Shown: piece by piece, positions 55,669 through 64,000 of the stretch | Position numbering within the stretch: position 1 is the first letter of the stretch | How the letters are laid out: each line of letters opens with the position of its first letter | Source: Dehalococcoidia bacterium | GTDB lineage: Bacteria > Chloroflexota > Dehalococcoidia > JAUSIH01 | Direction of reading: 5' to 3' | NCBI GenBank assembly: GCA_030648205.1 | Contig: JAUSIH010000006.1 | Coordinates: 1,357 to 65,356 of the forward strand | Length of the DNA: 64,000 bases | The notes under the pieces: generated by a model | Seen by the model: the letters and a program-made list of their open reading frames with translations, nothing else | Told to the model about the DNA's origin: nothing | Databases searched by the model: none | Translations under genes and position numbers: made by a program

Positions 55669-58113
55669 ATGAACACGATAGCGCGTTTGCTGCTCATTCT
55701 CCTCGTTGGACTGGGGACGCTGGCGGGTCCCGCTGGTCCCGCCTTCGCGCAGGGCTTTGAGCCGCCCGTGGGCGTGACGCCCGTGCGTCCGCTTCCGCCG
55801 CAGCCGCCCATGCCGCCGATACGCATGCCGGTCATCCTGCCGACGCCGGAGGTCAAGTACCAGCGCGTCGAGGTAAGTATTGACGGCCAGGTCGCCACAA
55901 CCCGAATTGACCAGCTCTTCGTCAACACCGGCTCCTTTCCCGTGGAGGGGGTCTATCTCTTCCCCCTGCCGGAGGACGCCGCCATCTCCTCGTTCGACAT
56001 GTACGTGGACGGCCAGCGCTGGCAGGGCGAGCTATTGCCCAAGGAGAAGGCGCGCCAGATATACGAGAGCATCGTCCGACAGCAGCGCGACCCCGCTCTG
56101 CTTGAGTACGTGGGCCGCAGTGCGTTCCAGGCGCGCATCTTCCCCATACCGCCGAAGGGGGAGCGCCGCATCCAGCTTGAGTACGCCCAGGTGCTGCCCG
56201 CCGACGCGGGCGTGGCGCACTACGTGTACCCGCTGAAGTCGCCGCGCATTCTACCTCGGGAGGTCATGGAGCCGGGGCCCTGTCTGGGCTGCGCTCCGCA
56301 GGCTTTCCCCCTGCCACCCGCGCCGCTCATCAGGGAACTGACAATCCATGCGACCCTGAAGGCCGCGCAGCCCATCAAGGCTATCTACTCGCCCAGCCAC
56401 GAGGTCGCGGTGACGCGGGCGTCCGAGCGGCAGGCGGACGTGAGCTACGAGGCGTCGAACGCGCGCCCGGACAGGGACTTCGACCTGTACTACAGCTTTG
56501 CGCCGGGAGATATTGGCCTGAGCCTGCTGACCTACCGCGAGAAGGGACAGGACGGCTTCTTCCTGCTGCTCATCGCGCCGCCGGTGGATGCGCCCGCGAA
56601 GGCGGTGGACAAGGACGTCGTCTTCGTCCTGGACATATCGGGAAGCATGCAGGGCCAGAAGATGGAGCAGGCCAGGGCGGCCCTGGAGTACGTGCTCGAC
56701 AGGCTCAACCCCGGCGACCGCTTCAACATCGTCGTTTTCAACTCGGCGGTGAGCACGTATGCGGACGCCCTGCGGCCCGCAAGCGAGCGGTCACAGGCTG
56801 TCCCCTTTGTCCGCGGGCTGCAGGCGGCGGGCGGCACCAACATCCACGACGCGCTGCAGGCGGCCCTGGGCATGGCCCCGCAAGGCGGGGGGCGTCCGCA
56901 CGTGGTCATCTTCCTGACGGACGGTCTGCCGACCGTGGGCGTCACCCAGCCGAACGCCATCATTGACGGCGTCGCTCAGGCCAGCAAGAAGGACGTGCGC
57001 CTGTTCACCTTCGGAGTCGGCGATGACGTGAACGCCTTCCTGCTGGACACTATTGCGCAGCGCAACCGGGGCGTCAGCGATTACATCCGTCCCGGCCAGG
57101 ATATTCAAGAGAAGCTGGCCCGCTTTTACGAGAAGACCAGCACGCCCGTCCTCACCGATCTGAAGCTGGATACGGGCGTCGTCAAGGTGGAGGACGTGTA
57201 CCCCCAGCCTCTGCCGGACCTGTATGCAGGAAATCAGCTTGTCGTCGTGGGGCGCTACCGCAGCGAGGTCGCGGCGGCCATCGCGCTCAAGGGTCTGGTC
57301 AACGGTCAGGAGAAGACGTACACGTACGCCGGTCAGAGCTTCCCCTCGGAGAGCGCCTCCGCGGCGTTCCTGCCGCGCCTGTGGGCCACGCGCAAGGTCG
57401 GCTATCTGCTCAATCAGATACGCCTGAACGGGCAGAGCAAGGAGCTTGTGGACGAGGTGGTCGCCCTGGCGACGCGCTACGCCATTGCGACGCCCTTCAC
57501 GTCGTTCCTTGTGCGGGAGAAGGACGCCGGCGTGACGCCGCCAGGTACTCCGCGACCGTTGCCCGCGCAGGGCGCGCCCGCGCCAGCGCCATCGCTTGCA
57601 CCCCAGTCAGGCGCAGCGGCGGTGCAGGCCAGTCAGGCTATCGAGGGGCTCCGACGGGCGCAGGTGGCGGGTGACGCCTCCGCTCAGGATCAGCGGGTGG
57701 CGGGCGCCAGGGTCTTCCTGCTGCGGGACGGCGTGTGGATGGACACAAGCTATCGGCAGGGGACGCCGCTGACCGACGTGCCGTTCGGGAGCGAGGGCTA
57801 CTTCCGGCTGCTCGATCGCTATCCGGAGGCCGCGCACTACCTGTCGGTGGGAGACAGAGTGATCGTGATGTTGGGCGGCGCGGCCTATCGGGTGACGGCG
57901 GAGGTCTCCTCTCAGCCCACCGGGGCGGCGACGCCCACCGCAACGCCTACGGCTACGTTCACGCCCGCGCCCACGCGGACGCCGAGTCCGACTCCAACGG
58001 TCGCGCCGACGCCCCGCATACCGGCTGGTCCGCCGCCCGCCAGTGCAGCGCCCGGGTTGCTGGAGGTGGCTGTGCGCTGGATTGCAGACATCTTCCACAG
58101 CCTCTTCGGCTAA
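55669..58113 (+). CDS. secreted VIT + von Willebrand factor type A domain protein
   Basis: Signal peptide. VIT motifs (FPIPPKGERRIQLEY). vWA MIDAS motif DISGSM. Pro/Thr-rich C-terminal region. Confidence 0.9.
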   Translation: MNTIARLLLILLVGLGTLAGPAGPAFAQGFEPPVGVTPVRPLPPQPPMPPIRMPVILPTPEVKYQRVEVSIDGQVATTRIDQLFVNTGSFPVEGVYLFPLPEDAAISSFDMYVDGQRWQGELLPKEKARQIYESIVRQQRDPALLEYVGRSAFQARIFPIPPKGERRIQLEYAQVLPADAGVAHYVYPLKSPRILPREVMEPGPCLGCAPQAFPLPPAPLIRELTIHATLKAAQPIKAIYSPSHEVAVTRASERQADVSYEASNARPDRDFDLYYSFAPGDIGLSLLTYREKGQDGFFLLLIAPPVDAPAKAVDKDVVFVLDISGSMQGQKMEQARAALEYVLDRLNPGDRFNIVVFNSAVSTYADALRPASERSQAVPFVRGLQAAGGTNIHDALQAALGMAPQGGGRPHVVIFLTDGLPTVGVTQPNAIIDGVAQASKKDVRLFTFGVGDDVNAFLLDTIAQRNRGVSDYIRPGQDIQEKLARFYEKTSTPVLTDLKLDTGVVKVEDVYPQPLPDLYAGNQLVVVGRYRSEVAAAIALKGLVNGQEKTYTYAGQSFPSESASAAFLPRLWATRKVGYLLNQIRLNGQSKELVDEVVALATRYAIATPFTSFLVREKDAGVTPPGTPRPLPAQGAPAPAPSLAPQSGAAAVQASQAIEGLRRAQVAGDASAQDQRVAGARVFLLRDGVWMDTSYRQGTPLTDVPFGSEGYFRLLDRYPEAAHYLSVGDRVIVMLGGAAYRVTAEVSSQPTGAATPTATPTATFTPAPTRTPSPTPTVAPTPRIPAGPPPASAAPGLLEVAVRWIADIFHSLFG

Positions 58114-58135
58114 CAGCCGGAAGGCGATGTCTATA

Positions 58136-58184
58136 GCCCGCGGCGCAGGGGAAGCTTTTGTCGGCCCCCGCCTGCGTCGCGGGC
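58136..58184. terminator. GC-rich hairpin between convergent genes (14-bp stem, 21-nt loop, no U tract)
   Basis: GCCCGCGGCGCAGG...CCTGCGTCGCGGGC lies between the VIT-vWA stop (58113) and the MFS stop (58222). Confidence 0.3.
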
Positions 58185-58221
58185 GCCCCCTATCTGAGCA
58201 AGTCGGGGACGACTGCTGCCT

Positions 58222-59526
58222 TTAGCGCGCCGTCTGCGCCTCTGCGAGCGGTGCGGGAGGCACAGGCAGAGGGGGAGTCGGCGGTTTCGCCAGCGCGAAC
58301 AGGATGAGGCCGATGACGCAGAGGACGTCGAAGACGATGAAGGCGGGGTTGTAACTGCCCAGGGTGTCGAACGCCCACGCCGCCGCCAGCGGGCCGCCCG
58401 CCGTCGCGATGACCTGCGCGATGTTCCCCCAGCCGGTGATGGTCCCCGCGATGCGCCGTCCGAAGTAGTCGGGCCACACCTGAGCGCGCAGGGGCATGCT
58501 GCCCCCGACGACAAAGCCCAGCAGGAAAGTGACAGGGTACAGGGTCGTGGGCGTCAGCGCGAAGACCAGGAGAGCTATACCCGCGGCGTATGTGGCTGCG
58601 AAAAGGGTCAGACATCGTTGAATACGCCAGCGTTCAGCCAGCACGGCCCACACCGGCTTGGCGATAAGCGCGCCCACGCCGTAGATGCTCACCGCGGCCA
58701 CGGCGGCGCTGACGGAGAACCCCCGGTCGTTGTAGAAAGCGACCATGTGAATGTAAATCGTCGCGGCGGGTATCTGCGTCGCGACGATGCCGCCGAGCAC
58801 CAGCCAGAAGGCCCGTGTGTGGACAGCCTGCCGCGGCGTCCATCCGGGGTCGTCGGCCCTGTCGTGTTCGGGCGCCGCGTCGGGGGCCTCGGGCGGCAGG
58901 TTGTCGGGGCGTAGCCCTATGTCCTCGGGGCGGCGCCGGACGAAGAACCACGCGGAAGGAATGATCAGCACCCATGTCAGGAGACCCAGGAAAACGAACC
59001 CGCCGCGCCAGCCAAAGCTGGTGATGATGAACAGGATTGTGGGTGGGAGCGTGATGCCCGACATTGTTGCGCCCGCTACCGCCACGGCGTAGGCGCGGCC
59101 CCGCTTGCGGACAAACCAGTTGGCTATGGCTGCTGAAGGCGCCACGATGTTCAGGGTGGGCCGGGCCAGGGCAATCCCCAGCCCCAGGATCAGGTAGAAC
59201 GTCCAGATGCTGGTGACCAGGGACGTGGCTATCAGCAGGGCGCCGTAGAGAGCGCCCCCCGCGACCATGAAGAGCCGTGCGCCGTAGCGGTCCACCAGAG
59301 GCCCTATCAGGACCGCGCCGCCAACGGCCAGGATGCCGCCGATGGTGATGACGCCGACCGACATGGACCGGGTCCATCCCATGTCTTCTGACATTGGCTT
59401 GAGGATAACGCTAAAGGCCCATCCGGTTGTGCCAAGCTCGATGAAGAAGCCGCAGAAGGCGGCGGCCACCACAAGCCAGCCAGGGTAGATGTGGCGCAAC
59501 CGCTGGGCGAGAGACGGGGAGGTCAT
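58222..59526 (-). CDS. MFS transporter
   Basis: About 12 hydrophobic segments. VDRYGAR is an MFS loop 2-3 motif. Confidence 0.9.
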   Translation of the reverse strand: MTSPSLAQRLRHIYPGWLVVAAAFCGFFIELGTTGWAFSVILKPMSEDMGWTRSMSVGVITIGGILAVGGAVLIGPLVDRYGARLFMVAGGALYGALLIATSLVTSIWTFYLILGLGIALARPTLNIVAPSAAIANWFVRKRGRAYAVAVAGATMSGITLPPTILFIITSFGWRGGFVFLGLLTWVLIIPSAWFFVRRRPEDIGLRPDNLPPEAPDAAPEHDRADDPGWTPRQAVHTRAFWLVLGGIVATQIPAATIYIHMVAFYNDRGFSVSAAVAAVSIYGVGALIAKPVWAVLAERWRIQRCLTLFAATYAAGIALLVFALTPTTLYPVTFLLGFVVGGSMPLRAQVWPDYFGRRIAGTITGWGNIAQVIATAGGPLAAAWAFDTLGSYNPAFIVFDVLCVIGLILFALAKPPTPPLPVPPAPLAEAQTAR

Positions 59527-59599
59527 GCGCGTTCGCCGGTCGGCTCAGTTCCCACGAGAGCGCAGTATAGCACAGGCGTGGGAACCATCCTGCGCTGGA

Positions 59600-61111
59600 C
59601 TACCCGCCGGACGCCATCTCCATAACGAAACGGGCCAGAGTTCTTGTCATAACGCCCGTTGCCCCTTTGACGTACGCGCCGGAGTCCTTCTCCGCGTAGC
59701 GCGACCCCGCGATGTCCAGGTGCACCCAGGGGGTGTCTTCAGCGAACTCCGACAGGAACATTGCGGCGGTGATGGAGCCGGCGAAGCGCCCTCCTGAGTT
59801 CTTCATGTCCGCCACATCGCTCTTGTTCTGCTCTCGGTACTCCTCGTACATGGGCAGTTGCCAGATGCGCTCGCCCTCCTGTGCTCCCGCGCGGACAAGG
59901 CGGTCGAGGAGCGCCTGGTCGTTGGTGAAGCCGCCGGAGCAGACGCTGCCGAAGGTCATGCGGATAGCGCCGGTCAGGGTCGCAACGTCCACCATAGGCG
60001 ACAGTCCCAGCTTGCGGCCATAGGACAGCGCGTCGGCCAGGATGAGCCGTCCCTCCGCGTCAGTGTTGTCCACCTCAATGGTCTTGCCGTTCATGGCGCG
60101 AACCACGTCGCCGGGCCTCTGGGCGTTGCCGCCGGGCATGTTCTCAGCAGTGGGGATGAGGGCCGTCACGTTGACGCGCGGCGCAAGCTGGGCGACGGCG
60201 CGCATGGCGGCGATGACCGCCGCGGCGCCCGACATGTCGCCTTTCATGTTGCTCATGCCCTCGGCGGGCTTGAGCGAGATGCCGCCGGAGTCGAAGGTAA
60301 TGCCCTTGCCCACGAGTCCCAGCGCCTTCGAGCGATTGGCCGGGTCGCCCCAGTACCGCAGCACGACGAACTTGGGCGGCTGGCGGGACCCCCGCGCGAC
60401 GCCCAGGAGGGCGCCCATGCCCATCTTCTCCATCCACTCACGGTCATAGACGGCGCACTCCAGGCCGTGGTCGGCGGCCACGCGCACGGCGGTCTCGGCC
60501 AGGGTGGTGGGTGTCAGGACGTTGGCGGGCTCGTTGATAAGGTCGCGCGTCAGGTTGACGGCTTCCGCCAGCACGCGCCCCTGCTGGACGCCGCGCTCCA
60601 GCGCGGGGAGCTTGTCGGCGTCGCGCTCCACCAGCAGAAGCTCCTGGAGCGTGTTGCACGGCTCCTCGGGGTGCGACTTGTGGCGGGTGAATGTGTAGAG
60701 GCCCATGACCGTGCCCTCCGCGACGGCCCGCGCCGCCGCCTCCGGCTCCAGTCCGCCGATGCCCGCGCCGTGGACGATGGTGGCGGCGCTCTTGGCGCCG
60801 AGCCGACGCAGGTAGCGGCAGACCTCGCCGGACAGGTCGCGCACCGCGTCGAGGGTGAACTTCTCGCGCTTGCCCAGGCCCAGAACGAGCACGCGCGCCG
60901 GCTTGATCTTGCCGAAGGTGTGGATGAGAGTCACCTGGCCGCGCTTGCCGGTGACCTCGCCCTCCGCGATGAGCTGGCTGATGACGCCGCCGAGCGCCTT
61001 GTCCACCGCGCCGGTGGCCCCGCCGGGCTGCTTGACGCCCTCGAACAGGTTGACGACGAGCGTGTGCGTCTGAAGCGCGAGGATGTCCTGGCGGACGACC
61101 TTAATTTCCAT
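59600..61111 (-). CDS. pepA: leucyl aminopeptidase (M17)
   Basis: NTDAEGRL signature and VGKGITFDSGG. Confidence 0.95.
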   Translation of the reverse strand: MEIKVVRQDILALQTHTLVVNLFEGVKQPGGATGAVDKALGGVISQLIAEGEVTGKRGQVTLIHTFGKIKPARVLVLGLGKREKFTLDAVRDLSGEVCRYLRRLGAKSAATIVHGAGIGGLEPEAAARAVAEGTVMGLYTFTRHKSHPEEPCNTLQELLLVERDADKLPALERGVQQGRVLAEAVNLTRDLINEPANVLTPTTLAETAVRVAADHGLECAVYDREWMEKMGMGALLGVARGSRQPPKFVVLRYWGDPANRSKALGLVGKGITFDSGGISLKPAEGMSNMKGDMSGAAAVIAAMRAVAQLAPRVNVTALIPTAENMPGGNAQRPGDVVRAMNGKTIEVDNTDAEGRLILADALSYGRKLGLSPMVDVATLTGAIRMTFGSVCSGGFTNDQALLDRLVRAGAQEGERIWQLPMYEEYREQNKSDVADMKNSGGRFAGSITAAMFLSEFAEDTPWVHLDIAGSRYAEKDSGAYVKGATGVMTRTLARFVMEMASGG

Positions 61112-61469
61112 AGCGGCTCACCTCAATGCATCTTGCGTATGGTCTGAGGGACTATCATACCGCCTTGCGCATGGCGCAGGAAGTGGACACGGTGCCTCTC
61201 TCCTCTCGAGGCGCGACGCGTCCCGTGGCCGATGATGGCATGTCGTACGGCGTTTGGCACCCTGCTTTAGCGGCGCTATCCCGTCCTGAGGGCGCAGAGG
61301 ACCGCATCCTCCACAGGAGAGGGATGGAATGGACATGAGAATCCCTCCTTTTCACGCTCTCTGTCACGACGGAACGTGATGAATGTAGCGTCGCCCGCGC
61401 CGCAAGGAGTGCAGGGGCGCAGCCCCGCCGGAGGGGACGGGAGGTGTCCTCCCGTAGTCATCCCTGACT

Positions 61470-61509
61470 TCTCCCCCTCTGCAGGAGAGGGGGACCAAGG
61501 GGGTGAGGC
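61470..61509. repeat. family-H hairpin repeat
   Basis: CTCCCCCTCTGCAGGAGAGGGGGACCAAGGGGGTGAGG. Confidence 0.6.
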
Positions 61510-61571
61510 GCGTGTATCTACCCTGCGCGCGCTTCCCGCGTTTGGCTATACTGGGTCAAAGGGAGTTCGTC

Positions 61572-62789
61572 ATGCGTGACCCGCTGACCGCCCGCGTCAA
61601 GGCCCTTGCCCGTGAGGTCGGCTTCGACCTGGCGGGCGTGACCACTGCCGAGCCGTTCGAGCGCGAGGAAGCGGCGATGGTCGCGCGTGTCCGGGCGGGC
61701 ATGATGGACGACCTGCCGTGGTTCACCGAGGCCCGCGCCCGGCTGGCCTGCCGCCCTCGGGAGCTTCTGCCGGACGCCCGCTCCGTCATCGCCGTGGCCG
61801 CTGGCTACTACACCGGCGAGTCTCCCGCGGCGGATGGCGTCGCTCCTTCCAGGGAAGGACGCGGCAAAGTCGCCCGCTACGCATGGGGCCGGGACTACCA
61901 TGCCGTGCTGCGCAAAAGGCTCAAGGCTTTCGTCGAGCGATTGCCGGAGGTCGCGGGCTGGCCCGTGCGCACGCGCCTCTTCGTGGACACCAGCCCCCTC
62001 GCGGAGCGGGCCGTGGCCGCGCGGGCGGGAATCGGCTGGTATGGCAAGAACACCAACGTTCTGACGCGCGAGATGGGGTCGTGGGTGTTCCTGGCGTCGG
62101 TCATCACCGACCTGGAACTGGAGCCGGACAGGCCGCTCCGCAAAAGCTGCGGGCGCTGCGCCGCCTGCATCCCCGCCTGTCCCACGGGCGCGCTCACGCC
62201 CTACGCCCTGGACAACCGGCGCTGCATTTCCTACCTGACCATCGAGTGCCGAGGGCCTATCCCGCGCGCGCTGCGGCCTCTCGTCGGCACGTGGGTGTTC
62301 GGGTGCGACATCTGCCAGGAGGTCTGCCCGGTGAACAAGCGGGCACAGGACTCGCTCGTTCTTCAGCGGGATCGGGGCGAGCGGGAGAGGACAGGCGAGC
62401 CGCTCGTCGTGAGCTTGTCAAACGACGCGGCGCCCCCTTCCGCGGAAGGGCTGCCGGAGCTTCTGCTGCTGCTGGCGCTGACCGAGGAGGAGTTCGCGGC
62501 GCGGTTCCGGGGGACGGCGGTCACGCGGGCGAAGCGTCGCGGCCTGGCGCGCAACGTCTGCGTGGCGCTGGGGAACATCGGCGACCCTGCGGCGACACCC
62601 GCCCTTGCCCGCGCTCTGCGGCGGGACGAGGAGCCGCTGGTGCGGGGGCACGCCGCCTGGGCGCTGGGGCGCATCGGCGGGCCTGAGGCGGAGGAGGCGC
62701 TGCGTCTGGCCCTGGCGAGCGAGGCGGACGCGAGCGTGCGGGAAGAGATAGAAGCGGCGCTGGGGAGCCTGGCTGCCTCATCGCCCTGA
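61572..62789 (+). CDS. queG: tRNA epoxyqueuosine(34) reductase
   Basis: Taken from Met24 of ORF 61503..62789. CGRCAACIPACPTGA, CISYLTIE, CDICQEVCPVN, and a C-terminal HEAT-like region. Confidence 0.9.
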   Translation: MRDPLTARVKALAREVGFDLAGVTTAEPFEREEAAMVARVRAGMMDDLPWFTEARARLACRPRELLPDARSVIAVAAGYYTGESPAADGVAPSREGRGKVARYAWGRDYHAVLRKRLKAFVERLPEVAGWPVRTRLFVDTSPLAERAVAARAGIGWYGKNTNVLTREMGSWVFLASVITDLELEPDRPLRKSCGRCAACIPACPTGALTPYALDNRRCISYLTIECRGPIPRALRPLVGTWVFGCDICQEVCPVNKRAQDSLVLQRDRGERERTGEPLVVSLSNDAAPPSAEGLPELLLLLALTEEEFAARFRGTAVTRAKRRGLARNVCVALGNIGDPAATPALARALRRDEEPLVRGHAAWALGRIGGPEAEEALRLALASEADASVREEIEAALGSLAASSP

Positions 62790-62839
62790 CTCCCTTCTCC
62801 CAAGCCAGGAAAAGGTGGAAGCAAGGCTGGCAGCGTCTC

Positions 62840-62990
62840 ACGTGTTATTCCGAGCATGCCTCCTGTCATTCCGAGCGCAGCGAGGAATCTACATCTGTCC
62901 TCAACTAACGTAGACCCTTCACTTTGTTCAGGATGACACAACACATCTGTCATTCCGAGTCCTTCCAAAGAAGGACGAGGAATCTCCCCG
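62840..62990. repeat. cluster of family-S hairpin repeats (TGTCATTCCGAG..CGAGGAATCT)
   Basis: At least three units, at about 62842, 62864 and 62949, plus CACTTTGTTCAGGATGACAC. Confidence 0.55.
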
Positions 62991-63599
62991 CGGCGTGACC
63001 CCGGAGGAGTTCCCGCGTCCGTGCGCGGAAGGACAAGGGGTGATGAGGGACACGTGCTCATTCATGCTGAAGTGGCGAAAGACCTTGCTTGGGTTGGCGA
63101 AGACAGCCCCCATGCCAGGGGCATAAAATAAGGCGCCGCGCATTCAGAGCGCCACGCCTTGCGGATTACCTGTTTACTTCCAGGCTCCCCGGGTCCCGTA
63201 CCCCGTTTGCGGTGACCTCCGCCTCTTGGGGCTACCCGGCTCGTCTTGGAAGGCCTCCTCGCTGGGGCCGGAGCTTCCGAGATGAGACTTCAGGCCGTTA
63301 TCATCGAGGCCGGGACCCGAGTTCCAAAGGAGGAAACCGTCATCTATATCCCAACCCCCTTTCAAGAACCTCTCGCGCTGCTTCTTGCCCTCTTCCCATC
63401 CCCTCATTCACATTATACACCAATCGTGGCGTGTCCATAGCTGCAGAATCGTAGCCGGACTGCGCCCGCTCGTTGAGAAGCGTCGGCGAGGCGCCTATGT
63501 CGAGCGCGGCACGCCCCGCCGAGTGACGACGCGCCGGGCAACCCCTCCCATTTCCCGCGGATATTCGAAACATTGGGCCTAAAGTCCTGGACAAACACC

Positions 63600-63629
63600 T
63601 TGAAGATGGCAACTGACGGGTGCTACAAT
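63600..63629 (+). promoter_or_regulatory. promoter TTGAAG-18-(TGc)TACAAT
   Basis: Read directly, 23 nt upstream of GTG 63653. AGGAGA RBS. Confidence 0.55.
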
Positions 63630-63652
63630 CGGCTTACGCAGCGTAGGAGAGC

Positions 63653-63871
63653 GTGATGCTGAAAAAGAGCCTCGCCGTCTGTTCCTGGTGCAAGGTGGAG
63701 TTTGAGGACGAGCGCACGCCGGAAGAGAAGCTGCTAGACGGTGTCAATGGCCTGGTCACCTGCGCGCCCTGCAGGTACGGGTACCAGAAGGGCGCCGCCA
63801 TCCGCACGATTCGCCGCCGGAGCTTGCGCCGACGGTGGTTCCAGGGCAAGTGCGTCCGCGGGAAGGTCTAG
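63653..63871 (+). CDS. small zinc-ribbon-like protein with basic tail (72 aa)
   Basis: CSWC...CAPC cysteine pairs. Supported by a promoter and an RBS. Confidence 0.5.
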   Translation: MMLKKSLAVCSWCKVEFEDERTPEEKLLDGVNGLVTCAPCRYGYQKGAAIRTIRRRSLRRRWFQGKCVRGKV

Positions 63872-63874
63872 CCC

Positions 63875-64000
63875 GTGCCCATTTACGAGTACCTCTGTTC
63901 CGGCTGCCGCACGACCTTTGAGGTCATGCGCCCGGTGAGCCGGTCCAGCGAATCAGCCTCCTGCCCGGCGTGCCGCGAAACGGGACGCCGCGTCCTGTCG
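63875..64000 (+). CDS. FmdB-family zinc-ribbon protein (3'-truncated by window end)
   Basis: GTG start. VPIYEYLCSGCRTTFEVMRPVS..ASCPACRE matches the CxxC_CxxC_SSSS pattern. Confidence 0.75.
   Translation, partial: MPIYEYLCSGCRTTFEVMRPVSRSSESASCPACRETGRRVLS

Noticed and set aside
63174-63407. 77-aa minus-strand ORF in the 860-bp gene-poor stretch after queG.
   Set aside because: No RBS, promoter or motif was seen. The region is dominated by repeat units. It cannot be excluded as a small gene, but there is no positive evidence.

Overview
High-GC (about two-thirds G+C by eye) bacterial chromosomal segment with about 55 protein genes, two tRNAs (His-GTG, Arg-TCG), and no rRNA, CRISPR array or cas genes. 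Recognisable housekeeping genes are trpS, lon, cvpA, thpR, rmuC, cbiG/cbiH, pepA and queG. Also present: two Gfo/Idh/MocA oxidoreductases, two D-2-hydroxyacid dehydrogenases, a split ThDP decarboxylase, a CitE/HpcH-like lyase, a GlcF-like Fe-S protein and two HD-GYP signalling proteins. A co-directional minus-strand block (36-55 kb) holds two ~1,100-aa FtsX/MacB-type permeases, two ATPases and a translationally coupled M28 lipoprotein peptidase. Downstream, under its own promoter, lies a Dpp/Opp-like unit with two substrate-binding proteins and two permeases but no ATPases. Intergenic DNA is packed with several families of short hairpin/MITE-like repeats; two of them sit in frame inside genes (a RelE/ParE toxin and queG). 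I cannot demonstrate one clearly novel system. The best candidates are: (1) a low-GC 2.1-kb island beside tRNA-Arg, flanked by ~85-bp direct repeats that duplicate the 3' end of an HD-domain gene, carrying an Xis-like HTH and a large orphan ORF but no integrase; (2) the giant twin FtsX ABC module coupled to the M28 peptidase; (3) a ThDP-decarboxylase cassette bracketed by a duplicated promoter plus 5' gene fragment; (4) twin lipoproteins with a duplicated promoter/leader/signal peptide, one carrying a papain-like Cys-His-Asp signature. A TGcTAnnnT extended -10 motif recurs at nine sites. Lipoproteins with Pro/Thr/Ala linkers, frequent GTG/TTG starts and the repeat families suggest a Chloroflexota-like monoderm, but this is inference only. 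All homology calls come from motif recognition by eye; no searches were run.
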